DNA of 64,000 bases from a bacterium (GTDB lineage Bacteria > Hydrothermota > 32-111): contig JBFXGO010000004.1 in the NCBI GenBank assembly GCA_050239825.1, positions 4,590-68,589 of the forward strand, read 5' to 3'. The position numbers were made by a program, and so were the translations under genes. Under the pieces are notes generated by a model. That model saw only the letters and a program-made list of their open reading frames with translations, was not told the DNA's origin and ran no database searches. Positions 10,423 through 19,739 of the stretch are shown piece after piece. Numbering within the stretch: the first letter of the stretch is position 1; each line of letters opens with the position of its first letter.

Positions 10423-10457
10423 AAAAGAGAGGGGCATAAAGCCCCTCTCTTTTATTA
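10423..10457. terminator. Bidirectional rho-independent terminator between convergent genes
   Basis: aaaaagagaggggc-ataaa-gcccctctctttt forms a perfect 10-bp GC-rich stem flanked by A/T runs on both sides. Confidence 0.6.
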
Positions 10458-11378
10458 TATACCTCCGTTAATTTCATCAACAGTTTCACACGGCTCGATA
10501 TGCACTATTATGTCAGTCTTATCTCCATACTTCATTCTTAACTGATTTTCCACATTATTGGCAATCTCATGAGACCTTTTTACTGTCATGTCTGGCTCAA
10601 CCTCTATATGAATATCTATTGAATAGTCGTTTCCAATTCGTCTTGTGCGTATCTCATGAGGGTTCTTTACTCCGCTTGTGCTTCTTATTAGTTCAAGTAT
10701 CTCTGCCTCCACCTCTTTTGAGAGAGCTTGGTCGAGAAGGTCCCCTGCGCTTGCCTTTGTTATGTTAACAGCCACTTTAATAATGAAAAAACTCACAATA
10801 ACGGCGGCTATCGGGTCGCACACCAGCCATTTTTCACCGAGAAACACGGCGCATCCGATTCCCACGAGAGTGCCTACTGACGAGAGAGCATCCGACCTGT
10901 GATGCCATGCATTGGCAATCACAGCCTGACTGTTTATCTTTTTTCCGACATGCGCTGTGTATCTGTAAAGCAGTTCTTTGAAAATTATCGATATGAGAGC
11001 GGCCAAAAAAGCTATGATGCTCGGTTTGTCAAACTCCCCGCCTGAGGCGATTTTTATTATGTTCTTAAATCCGGAAAACATAATAAAGAATCCGACAAGA
11101 AGAAGCAGAATGCCGATTATGACAGCGGACAGGGTCTCATACTTTGCATGACCGTATTCGTGGTCTTCATCGGCGGGTTTTTTGACAAAGCTGAATCCGA
11201 ACAAGACAACTATATCTGTCGCAAAATCAGATAAAGAATGTATGGCATCAGCCACCATTGCTCCGCTTCGGCCGAAAATTCCAGCCGCAAACTTAAATCC
11301 GGTTAGAATCAAATTGACAAAAAATCCTATCCATGTCACTCTGATTGCATAATCCTCTCGTTTCATTATACTCTCCAT
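10455..11378 (-). CDS. Cation diffusion facilitator (CDF) family metal efflux transporter
   Basis: 307 aa. The TM region carries HSLSDFATD and HxxSD motifs, and a C-terminal cytoplasmic domain is present. Confidence 0.85.
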   Translation of the reverse strand: MESIMKREDYAIRVTWIGFFVNLILTGFKFAAGIFGRSGAMVADAIHSLSDFATDIVVLFGFSFVKKPADEDHEYGHAKYETLSAVIIGILLLLVGFFIMFSGFKNIIKIASGGEFDKPSIIAFLAALISIIFKELLYRYTAHVGKKINSQAVIANAWHHRSDALSSVGTLVGIGCAVFLGEKWLVCDPIAAVIVSFFIIKVAVNITKASAGDLLDQALSKEVEAEILELIRSTSGVKNPHEIRTRRIGNDYSIDIHIEVEPDMTVKRSHEIANNVENQLRMKYGDKTDIIVHIEPCETVDEINGGI

Positions 11379-11470
11379 TATATTTAATGATTTCTCTTTT
11401 TTTCAAGATATATTTTGCACTATATGCCATTTTTTCATCTTGTCAAGATAAATATTAATTCGTTTTTATA

Positions 11471-11499
11471 TTGACATCTATCCATTATGATATTAAAAT
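11471..11499 (+). promoter_or_regulatory. Sigma-70-like promoter (TTGACA-17-TAAAAT) upstream of htrA
   Basis: TTGACA at 11471-11476, a 17-nt spacer, then TAAAAT. It lies about 30 nt upstream of GGAGG plus the GTG start at 11530. Confidence 0.35.
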
Positions 11500-11529
11500 A
11501 TAAGATTATAAAATCAACAAGGAGGTTTT

Positions 11530-12987
11530 GTGAAGCGTCTGTTGACTATAACTGTAATTGTCGCACTTTTATTTGCGTGCGGCATAATTTCTGCAACTCT
11601 TGTGCAGAAAGCCAACTGCCAGACAGAGACAGTTAAAATCAATGGCACTAATGGTGCGGCTCTGACCCTCCCTTCATTCAGGGAACTGGCAAAGAATGTG
11701 ACGCCCGCAGTGGTTCACATCACAGCCGAGAGCAGCGTGAAAGTGTCGCCGTTTTTCCCTTTTGATGACCCTTTCTTCCGCGACTTTTTCAAAGATATGC
11801 CTGAGTATGAGAATAAGAATACTTCAATGGGCACAGGATTCATCTTTGATAAAAACGGAAGCATAGTTACAAACTACCATGTCATAAAGAATGCCAAGAA
11901 AATAACCATAAGACTACTTGACGAGCGCGAATTCTCAGAAGATGAGATTGAGATAGTCGGAACTGACGAGAGAACCGACATTGCAGTCATAAAAATAAAA
12001 AAGGTATCGGATATGCCTTATCTGGAATTTGGAGATTCCGATGAGATGGAGGTGGGAGACTGGGTTATGGCTGTGGGCAATCCGTTCGGATTTGACGGCA
12101 CAGTCACAGTAGGAGTCATATCAGCTAAGAACCGCTCCAACATTGCGCTTTCAGGCGGACCAATGTATCAGGATTTTATACAGACAGATGCATCGATAAA
12201 TCCTGGCAACAGCGGCGGGCCTCTGGTTGATTTGAACGGCCATGTTATAGCTGTAAATTCCGCCATTGCATCACCCTCAGGCGGAAATGTGGGGATAGGA
12301 TTCGGTATTCCCTCCAACATGGTTGTCATGGTTATAAATCAGTTGAAAGAGAACGGAGTGGTATCGAGAGGATACCTTGGGATAGTTCCTCAGGAGCTGA
12401 CTAAAGATCTAAAAACAAAATTCGGCATGGACGCCAAAGAGACCGGGGTTCTTGTTGCGCAGGTGGAAGCAGAGACTCCTGCATCCAAAGCAGGATTAAA
12501 GGAGGGCGACATAATACTCCAGTTCAACGGAAAGAAGATTGAGAGTGTAAACAAATTCAGAATAGCCGTAGCCGAAACCCCGGCAGGAAAGAGGGTGGAG
12601 ATTCTCATTTTAAGAGACAAAGAAAAGAAGACTCTCACTGCAGAGATAGGGAAGCTTGAAGAGGAAACAGTTGCAAACAATGATGAAAAGAATGCGAAGC
12701 CGGGAGAATGGCTCGGAATGACAGTCGAGTCTTTAACGGATGAAAACATCTCAAAATATTCGGTTGCCGTAAAAGATGGAGTAGTCATTACCGCAATAGC
12801 CAAAGATTCTCCTCTTATTGACGCAGGCGTTAGAGTGGGAGATGTCATAACAAAGATTGAATCCTTTAAAATAAAAAATATGTCTGATTTTAGTAGCGCG
12901 AAGAAAAAATATGAAAAGAATAATGATGTACTTCTGACTGTCAAGAGAGGCAACACTTCAATCTGGGTGGTTGTAAAGGCAAAATAA
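11530..12987 (+). CDS. htrA: Periplasmic serine endoprotease DegP/HtrA family (protease + 2 PDZ)
   Basis: 485 aa. Catalytic triad context TNYHV...D...GNSGGPLVDLNGHVIAVNSAI, followed by two PDZ-like segments. Signal peptide present; GTG start. Confidence 0.9.
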   Translation: MKRLLTITVIVALLFACGIISATLVQKANCQTETVKINGTNGAALTLPSFRELAKNVTPAVVHITAESSVKVSPFFPFDDPFFRDFFKDMPEYENKNTSMGTGFIFDKNGSIVTNYHVIKNAKKITIRLLDEREFSEDEIEIVGTDERTDIAVIKIKKVSDMPYLEFGDSDEMEVGDWVMAVGNPFGFDGTVTVGVISAKNRSNIALSGGPMYQDFIQTDASINPGNSGGPLVDLNGHVIAVNSAIASPSGGNVGIGFGIPSNMVVMVINQLKENGVVSRGYLGIVPQELTKDLKTKFGMDAKETGVLVAQVEAETPASKAGLKEGDIILQFNGKKIESVNKFRIAVAETPAGKRVEILILRDKEKKTLTAEIGKLEEETVANNDEKNAKPGEWLGMTVESLTDENISKYSVAVKDGVVITAIAKDSPLIDAGVRVGDVITKIESFKIKNMSDFSSAKKKYEKNNDVLLTVKRGNTSIWVVVKAK

Positions 12988-12997
12988 GGAGAAAACA

Positions 12998-13837
12998 ATA
13001 AATTTCAGGGATTCAAGCGACAAATCGCTTCAAATTTATTTAAAAGAGATCAGGCGATTCCCTCTCCTCACACCGCAGGAGGAGAGGGAGTATGCCGTAA
13101 AAATACAAAAAGGTGACAGAAAAGCCCTTGAGAAACTTGTTCAGGGAAATCTGAGATTTGTGGTAAATGTCGCGAAGGAATATCAGGGAAAGGGCCTCTC
13201 CCTTTCAGAACTGATAAATGAGGGCAACTACGGGCTTATGAAGGCGGCGCAAAAATTTGAAGTCTCGAAAAATGTCAAGTTTATATCCTATGCAGTGTGG
13301 TGGATAAGACAATCCATTATGAAGGCCGTGCTTGAAAACAACAGCAATATAAGAGTCCCTCTCTCTCAGAGAGGCAAGATGAACCTTGTGGGACGCACGC
13401 GTCATGAGATGCTGAATACAAACGGCGAAATGCCCACATTCAAGGAAGTAGCAGACAGAATTGGATTATCCGAAAACGAGGTTCAGCAGATAGTAAACCT
13501 CACAAAGACAGAGGTCTCTCTAAATGAACCAATCTCGTCAGATGAAAGTCTCTACCTTTCCGATACTATATCTCAGAATTCGGAAGAGTCGCCGGAAGAG
13601 ACTCTCTTCAGAAAAAGATATAAGGAGACTCTCAAAGCACAGCTTGACAAGCTGTCAGAGCGTGAATCATTCATACTTAAAAAATACTTCGGACTTGATG
13701 ATTTCAGGCCGCACACGCTTGAAGAGCTCGGAGATGAGCTTCAAATATCAAGGGAGAGGGTTAGACAGATAAAAGACCGCGCTGTAAACAAATTGAAGGA
13801 CCTGACAAAAAATATACTGGAGCCGTACAATGAATAG
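12998..13837 (+). CDS. Short sigma-70 family factor (Bacteroidetes/FCB sigma-A type); start codon uncertain
   Basis: Regions 2-4 are clear: NLRFVVNVAKEYQGKGLSLSELINEGNYGLMKAAQKFE, YAVWWIRQSI, and a C-terminal HTH LEELGDELQISRERVRQI. The conserved region 1.2 (YLKEIRRFPLLTPQEEREYAVKIQKGD) is encoded in-frame upstream of the ORF-track start at 13160. The only in-frame start candidate is ATA at 12998, six nt after AAGGAG. Confidence 0.7.
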   Translation: MNFRDSSDKSLQIYLKEIRRFPLLTPQEEREYAVKIQKGDRKALEKLVQGNLRFVVNVAKEYQGKGLSLSELINEGNYGLMKAAQKFEVSKNVKFISYAVWWIRQSIMKAVLENNSNIRVPLSQRGKMNLVGRTRHEMLNTNGEMPTFKEVADRIGLSENEVQQIVNLTKTEVSLNEPISSDESLYLSDTISQNSEESPEETLFRKRYKETLKAQLDKLSERESFILKKYFGLDDFRPHTLEELGDELQISRERVRQIKDRAVNKLKDLTKNILEPYNE

Positions 13838-14714
13838 ATTCTTTTCAAGAAGGAAAGTAAGAGTATCTGTAATTCCACACTCATCAGAAGATACAAAAAA
13901 CTCTAAATTTTTCTTTGTTTTGATTCCCATACTCTTTCTGCTTCTCTTTTCTCTGGTGGTATACCTACTCTTGATGTCAGCTTTGAATTTTAAAAATATC
14001 AGCAAATATGCGGCTGTGAAAAAAACCAATGAAGAGGTCAAGCTGCTCTCTATAAAAGATGACGAACTCAAAGAGAAGATGGGTGAGATTGATTATGGCG
14101 TCAAGAACCTCAAATCGCGGATGACTGAAATAATACCAGTTTACAAATATCTATCCGGGATAGTCAAGACAGACAACGAAGATTTGAGATTGACATCGAA
14201 TCTTGATTCCCTTTTGATTATGACAGAGTACCTTAGCTCTGTGATGGACACTTCAGTTAAAAGACTGTCGGAAAACAAAAAATTTTCCACAGTTCCCTCC
14301 CTTGTGCCTGTCAATGGCTGGGTTCTTAGAGGATATGGCAGGGTCAGCGACCCTTACACTCAAACAATAAAAATGTCAACCGGAATTCTTTTCGTATCGG
14401 AGACTGAGGAGAAGGTCTTTGCTACTGCTGATGGAGAAGTTTCATTTGTTGGACAAAAAGATAAATTAGGAAGCACAATTTTCATAAATCATGCAGGGTA
14501 CCAGACTCAATACTCTCATCTTTCAAACATAATTGTTTCAATCGGATCAAAAGTCAAGAAGGGTCAGCATATAGGATTTGCGGGAAAGACTGGAAAGACT
14601 CTATCTTCATCGCTGTTTTATAAAATTATGAGAGATGATTCAGTGATAGACCCTGCATCATCATTTCAGATACCTGTTTATAACCTTTACGACACTTTGA
14701 TGATAAACTTATAG
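13830..14714 (+). CDS. Degenerate LytM/M23 domain protein (EnvC/NlpD-like, catalytic His residues missing)
   Basis: 294 aa with one TM segment and a coiled-coil region. The C-terminal M23 fold (GxxxFINHAGYQTQYSHLS...GFAGKTG) lacks the HxxxD and HxH zinc ligands. Confidence 0.65.
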   Translation: MNRFFSRRKVRVSVIPHSSEDTKNSKFFFVLIPILFLLLFSLVVYLLLMSALNFKNISKYAAVKKTNEEVKLLSIKDDELKEKMGEIDYGVKNLKSRMTEIIPVYKYLSGIVKTDNEDLRLTSNLDSLLIMTEYLSSVMDTSVKRLSENKKFSTVPSLVPVNGWVLRGYGRVSDPYTQTIKMSTGILFVSETEEKVFATADGEVSFVGQKDKLGSTIFINHAGYQTQYSHLSNIIVSIGSKVKKGQHIGFAGKTGKTLSSSLFYKIMRDDSVIDPASSFQIPVYNLYDTLMINL

Positions 14715-16381
14715 ACATAGTATGACCTTAGAACCCTTTTCACATAATTCTTTGTCTCAATGAACGGCACCGATTCAAGGTGAAGCTCCCAATCAGCATA
14801 TACTCTCTTCCATTTTTTGACATTTCCTTTTCCGGCGTTGTACGACATTATCCCTTCGGCCGGGTTGTTTGGAAAATCCTTCATATACACCGATAAATGG
14901 TGCGCTCCTGCGTCGATGTTTTTTTCTATATCAAAAAAATCATTGTCTTTATAATACTCGGAGTATGTGAAATCCATCAACTGCATTATCCCCTTTGCTC
15001 CCGCTGATGAAACTGCGGAAGGATTGAATGAGCTCTCCTCCCTTGCCATTGCAAGAAGAAGAGGAAGCTCGACATTGTACTTTTTTGACGCTCTTCTGAA
15101 CAGTTCTATATAAGGGACAGGGTACATAACTTCAATAAAGTTTAATGAAACATCAGATGCAGGAAGATTCTCTGCAAAATATATCGCAAGATTGTGTATT
15201 TTTAAAGAGTCTGTCAGAAGCGCGGCATCTCTTCTTGAGATTTTTTCTGAAGCTGTTATTCTGAATATAAATTTGCTGAAATACTCTTCTCTTCCGGTAT
15301 TCTTGAAACTTCCATATAGCTCGAGAATATCTGAATCAAAACTATCTTTGATCTCTTCAACTGCAAATGTTTTATTCAGATACAGGAATGAGCGGATCGC
15401 ATAAAGATTCTTCGGAAACTCTCTTGAGAGTCTTTGAAGAATTTCCTCGCCCTCCTCTGTTTTCTTCATCTGCAGAAGTAGTTTTGCCTTATGGTACATG
15501 AATGGGGCGCTTAAACCGGGATAGTTGAGAAGAATGGAATCAGACAGTTGGCTCACCTTGCTGTTGTTCTTCAGCAAAGCGGTTATTCGCAGTACCGCCT
15601 CCTCATCCTCCGCTTTTATATAGGATTTAAGAGCTTTTTCGAGTTCCCCTGAATCTTCATAGCTTCTTCCAAGATAGTATTCCAGTGATTTGTTTCTCAG
15701 AGAATCCGAGACAAATATTGAGTATTTTATTTTGTATTTTTTTTCTGTCCTGATAAAAAGATTTAAATTGTAATTTATAAGAGATTTTATTTTAACTGTG
15801 TCTCCTGTGACAACAGCGGCCATGAACCGGACTTCGGGAAAAGGAGATAAAGAGTCAAAATATTTTTCATTTTCCTTTCCCTTCATATTAGCTAGAAGGA
15901 ATTCAATCGTTTCTTCCTTGGACATGAAGTCTTTTGCTTTCGAGTATAGTTTTCTTGAATAATCGTCATTCGGATGTTTGTTTATGAATTCAATCATACT
16001 CCTCAAAGAGTTTGTGTTCACCCTCTTTCTGTCGTATGTTTTGCTTTCAATTTTATATCCCAGTCTTCTGAAGTGTGAGATGAAGAGTGTGTCGTTCGAA
16101 AATGAAATTGATCTTTTTACAGCTTGTTCAAAATCATTTTCATATTCCTTAAAAAGTATCTTTGCCTCTTTGATATTTTCGTTGTCTGCAAGTTCACTTA
16201 ACAGGATCTCCCTTAGAACAAGTCTTAGTTCTTTACTCTTGACAGAATCCGCCATATTTGCGGATTTGACAGGATTGTCAAGAAAAATCCTGGTGAATAA
16301 CACATCAGACTCCGATAGGGAGCTTGAATGCAGAGACATAGACAAAGAAATTATTATAAGAAGAATCAGATGCATAGGCAA
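14687..16381 (-). CDS. Soluble lytic murein transglycosylase (Slt family)
   Basis: 564 aa. The C-terminal SLT domain LLAMAREESSFNPSAVSSAGAKGIMQLM carries the catalytic Glu, and the N-terminal region is superhelical. Confidence 0.8.
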   Translation of the reverse strand: MPMHLILLIIISLSMSLHSSSLSESDVLFTRIFLDNPVKSANMADSVKSKELRLVLREILLSELADNENIKEAKILFKEYENDFEQAVKRSISFSNDTLFISHFRRLGYKIESKTYDRKRVNTNSLRSMIEFINKHPNDDYSRKLYSKAKDFMSKEETIEFLLANMKGKENEKYFDSLSPFPEVRFMAAVVTGDTVKIKSLINYNLNLFIRTEKKYKIKYSIFVSDSLRNKSLEYYLGRSYEDSGELEKALKSYIKAEDEEAVLRITALLKNNSKVSQLSDSILLNYPGLSAPFMYHKAKLLLQMKKTEEGEEILQRLSREFPKNLYAIRSFLYLNKTFAVEEIKDSFDSDILELYGSFKNTGREEYFSKFIFRITASEKISRRDAALLTDSLKIHNLAIYFAENLPASDVSLNFIEVMYPVPYIELFRRASKKYNVELPLLLAMAREESSFNPSAVSSAGAKGIMQLMDFTYSEYYKDNDFFDIEKNIDAGAHHLSVYMKDFPNNPAEGIMSYNAGKGNVKKWKRVYADWELHLESVPFIETKNYVKRVLRSYYVYKFIIKVS

Positions 16382-17169
16382 CCCTTGAACACAGGAGTCA
16401 CCTTCCCTTCCAGAAAAACATTGCTGTAATTATTATCATAATAAACTTTGAGAATCTCTTTTGAACGGGTTTTAAGTTTCACGGATTCTTTTCTGCCAAA
16501 GAGCATTCCGTATATCAAGGCAGACGCCACAGAACCTGTTCCGCAGGCGAGAGTCTCATTTTCCACGCCCCTCTCGTATGTGCGTATATAGAGAAGATCT
16601 CCTTTTTTACTTACAAAATCAATATTGGCGCCTTCCGGAGAGAATTCATCTGAATGCCTCAGCTCCCTGCCCAAATTGAAGACATCCGTATTTTCAATAT
16701 CTTTTACAAAAACCACAAAATGGGGGACTCCTGTATTTATGAATGAACCCTCGATAATACCTTTTTTTGTGCGCACCTTCATATTTTTCTTCAATGAGTG
16801 CGGTCTCTGCAGCTGTAACTTTACTACATTATTTTTTTTTATGACTGCCTTATGAAAAGCTTTTCTGGATTCAAAGGTAACTGTATTCTTTTTTACCGCG
16901 CCGATCAGCTTCGCAAAGAGAACTATTGACCTTCCGCCGTTTCCGCACATATCCGCCTCTCTGCCGTCGCTGTTGAAATAGACCATTTTAAAATCAAGGT
17001 TTTTTTTAGACTCTTCAAGAAGAATAAGTCCGTCAGCCCCCACCCCGGTGCCTCTTCGGCATATCATTTCAATGTACATTCGAGGCGGCCTCTTAAGGCC
17101 GCCTCTGTTATCAACCATTATGAAATCATTGCCGCTGCCTGAAATCTTGTAGAATTCCTTAATCTTCAT
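16366..17169 (-). CDS. dapF: Diaminopimelate epimerase
   Basis: 267 aa with motifs GSGNDF, NSDGREADMCGNG and ETLACGTG. Confidence 0.85.
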   Translation of the reverse strand: MKIKEFYKISGSGNDFIMVDNRGGLKRPPRMYIEMICRRGTGVGADGLILLEESKKNLDFKMVYFNSDGREADMCGNGGRSIVLFAKLIGAVKKNTVTFESRKAFHKAVIKKNNVVKLQLQRPHSLKKNMKVRTKKGIIEGSFINTGVPHFVVFVKDIENTDVFNLGRELRHSDEFSPEGANIDFVSKKGDLLYIRTYERGVENETLACGTGSVASALIYGMLFGRKESVKLKTRSKEILKVYYDNNYSNVFLEGKVTPVFKGCLCI

Positions 17170-17542
17170 AAGAAGCTATTGCCTCCATCTCAATCTCCGC
17201 ATTTTTAGGAAGAGCGGAGACTCCCACAGCGCTTCTGGCAGGCGGATTTTCATCAAAATACTCTTTATACACCGAATTGACTCTTGAGAATAATGACATA
17301 TCCTTTAGAAAAATGTTCACCTTCACAAGATGATTCATGCTCAAATGCTCTTCACTCAGCAGAGCTTTGATGTTTTCCATGACTCTCTTGGTCATCTCCT
17401 CAATTTCTCCGCTTATGATATCTCCTGAAGAAGGGTCAATCGGAAGCGTCCCTGATATAAAAAGCAGATTGCCCGACCTTATAGCCTGAGAGTATGGTCC
17501 TGCGGGCTTGCCTGCATTTTTTGTCTGAATGACTCTCTTCAT
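17159..17542 (-). CDS. ridA: RidA/YjgF family reactive-intermediate deaminase
   Basis: 127 aa with the typical GPYSQAI...NIFL...ARSAVGVSALP signature. Confidence 0.85.
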   Translation of the reverse strand: MKRVIQTKNAGKPAGPYSQAIRSGNLLFISGTLPIDPSSGDIISGEIEEMTKRVMENIKALLSEEHLSMNHLVKVNIFLKDMSLFSRVNSVYKEYFDENPPARSAVGVSALPKNAEIEMEAIASYED

Positions 17543-18465
17543 TCGGCACCAAGCAGACGGAGCATGACTGCCTTCTGTGCATGAAGGCGATTCTCCGCTT
17601 CGTCGAATACAACAGAATTTTTTGAATCTATCACATCATCAGTCACCTCTTCTCCTCTGTGAGCAGGAAGACAATGCATGAAGAGAGAATCTTTTTTTGC
17701 GGTTTTAAAGAGTTTCATATTTACCTGATACGGTTTGAATGCCTTTGCTCTCGCCTCTTTTTCGGTTTCTTCTCCCATTGATGCCCACACATCCGTATAA
17801 ATTACATCCGCATTTTTTGCAGCTTCAAACGGATCATTTGTTATCACTATCTTTGCTCCGCTCTTCCTGGCAAGCTCTCTGCTCTTCTGGACATAGTATT
17901 CATCCGGTTCATAACCCTTTGCCACCCCTATATAGAAGTCGGCTCCCATAAGAGATGAGATGAGCATCAGAGAGTGGCTCATGTTGTTTCCTGCTCCGAG
18001 AAAGGCAAATTTAAGTTTGCTTGTTCTTCCTATATGCTCATCGATTGTGAGAAAATCCGCAAGAACCTGGCACGGATGTTCGGCATCCGACAGAGCATTT
18101 ATTACAGGCACTTTTGAATATTTCGCCAGATCAACTATGGACTTATGCGAAAAAGTGCGCGCCATTATTATATTTACCATCCTGTCAAGATTTCTTGCTA
18201 TATCCGGCACACTCTCCCTTGATCCCAAGGAGATGTCCTTCGGTCCGAGGTATATGGCATGCCCTCCAAGCTGCGTGAATCCTGTCTCAAAGCTTACCCT
18301 TGTCCTGAGTGAGGGCTTCTCAAATATCATCGCCAAAGTCATCTGATTAAAGCAATCTCTGTATTTTCCCTTTTTAACTTCTTTCTTGACCTTCTTTGCT
18401 ATTTTAAAGAGATCTAAAACCTCTTTCTGCGATAGATCAAGAATCGACACCAAATCCTTTTTCAA
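17539..18465 (-). CDS. argF: Ornithine carbamoyltransferase
   Basis: 308 aa with the carbamoyl-phosphate site SLRTR, HPCQ, ornithine site DVWASMG and HCLP. Confidence 0.85.
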   Translation of the reverse strand: MKKDLVSILDLSQKEVLDLFKIAKKVKKEVKKGKYRDCFNQMTLAMIFEKPSLRTRVSFETGFTQLGGHAIYLGPKDISLGSRESVPDIARNLDRMVNIIMARTFSHKSIVDLAKYSKVPVINALSDAEHPCQVLADFLTIDEHIGRTSKLKFAFLGAGNNMSHSLMLISSLMGADFYIGVAKGYEPDEYYVQKSRELARKSGAKIVITNDPFEAAKNADVIYTDVWASMGEETEKEARAKAFKPYQVNMKLFKTAKKDSLFMHCLPAHRGEEVTDDVIDSKNSVVFDEAENRLHAQKAVMLRLLGAE

Positions 18466-18477
18466 AAGTACCTCCTT

Positions 18478-18963
18478 TTACTGTATTTCGAATTTTACCG
18501 CCTTAAAATCTTCTATGAGTTTTTCTGAAATGTCCAATGAAAGTTTGGCTGTCTGCTCAACTATCTTTTTTGCCTCCTCCAATTTCACCTCTTCGATTCT
18601 CTTAATCCTCAGGAGTAGCGCCAGGTTTTTCTCAATGCCTAAAGTAAAACCGTTCAAATACATATTGCTCTCAAGGAGAGCCCTGTAAAATGGCAGAATA
18701 TTCTTCTCGGGAAGAAATACAATGGGGGAAATTACTTTAAGATAGATTTTTTCGTCCTCGCTTTTGAAAACATATATGTAAACATAGACAGTTCCAATAT
18801 TGACCATCCATCCGAGAGTATCCTTGCCCTCCATCTCGATTTTCGATTCGTCATGCGATGTCCCTAGGGCTGAGAGAAGCTCTCCGATAAGCATCGATGC
18901 TTCGTCAATCGTGTCGATTTTATCCGATGCAAAGAATGTCTTAAAAAGATTGTTCAATGTCAT
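18478..18963 (-). CDS. YbjN-like hypothetical protein
   Basis: 161 aa. Size and pattern resemble YbjN-domain proteins. Weak call. Confidence 0.35.
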   Translation of the reverse strand: MTLNNLFKTFFASDKIDTIDEASMLIGELLSALGTSHDESKIEMEGKDTLGWMVNIGTVYVYIYVFKSEDEKIYLKVISPIVFLPEKNILPFYRALLESNMYLNGFTLGIEKNLALLLRIKRIEEVKLEEAKKIVEQTAKLSLDISEKLIEDFKAVKFEIQ

Positions 18964-19739
18964 CTGTTCTCCGTAAGCTTATGGCCGCAGAAGGCGCACC
19001 ATCTGCTCTTTTTTAGATTTGTTTTTCCGCATGCCTCGCACTTGTTTGTCTTCTTCTTGTGTTTGTGTTCAATTTCCGGAAGAATTGTTCCGCACTTTAA
19101 GCACCATTTTTCATCCGATTCGGTGTAAGCTCCGCAGTTGGAGCAGTATCTGCTGTTTTCAATCGCTTTGAATTTAAGAAGAGACTCTTTTACAAGAGGC
19201 ATTATGTCAGAAACTGGAATGGCGAATCCTATTCCCGAAGCGTCGGCTATTTTAAGAGTGTTTATGCCTATAACATTACCCTTCATGTCCAACAAAGGAC
19301 CGCCGCTGTTGCCCGGATTTATCGCCACATCCGTTTGAATGTATTTGATATCCTGAATCTCCCTGTCTACCGCCGAAATTATCCCTTTGGTGACCGTATT
19401 TTCATACCCGAAAGGATTCCCATATGCTATAACAGAGTCCCCAATCGCGTATGTCTTTGTCAAAGGCATCTTTGCCTGAACTATTTTTTTTTCTGTATCT
19501 ATCTTTATAAAAGCAATGTCCCTCGCAAAGTAGGAGAGAAGGACTTTTCCTTCTATGGTCTCCTTGTCAAACAAAGTAACCGTGCATGTCTTGAAGCTTC
19601 CAACCACATGAGAATTTGTTATAACTATTCCGCGTCTATCCGCTATAAATCCAGTTCCTATGCTCTCCTCAGTCTGTATTGTCACGATGAATCTGCGGAC
19701 TCTTCTTATGAGCGAAGAAACGGAATCAGATTTTGCCAT
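18960..19739 (-). CDS. Trypsin-like serine protease domain fused to a C-terminal double zinc ribbon
   Basis: 259 aa. An S1C-type protease core (GTGFIAD...TNSHVV, GNSGGPLLDMKGNVIGIN) is followed by CSNCG...CLKCG...CEACG...CAFCG with no PDZ domain. Confidence 0.7.
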   Translation of the reverse strand: MAKSDSVSSLIRRVRRFIVTIQTEESIGTGFIADRRGIVITNSHVVGSFKTCTVTLFDKETIEGKVLLSYFARDIAFIKIDTEKKIVQAKMPLTKTYAIGDSVIAYGNPFGYENTVTKGIISAVDREIQDIKYIQTDVAINPGNSGGPLLDMKGNVIGINTLKIADASGIGFAIPVSDIMPLVKESLLKFKAIENSRYCSNCGAYTESDEKWCLKCGTILPEIEHKHKKKTNKCEACGKTNLKKSRWCAFCGHKLTENR

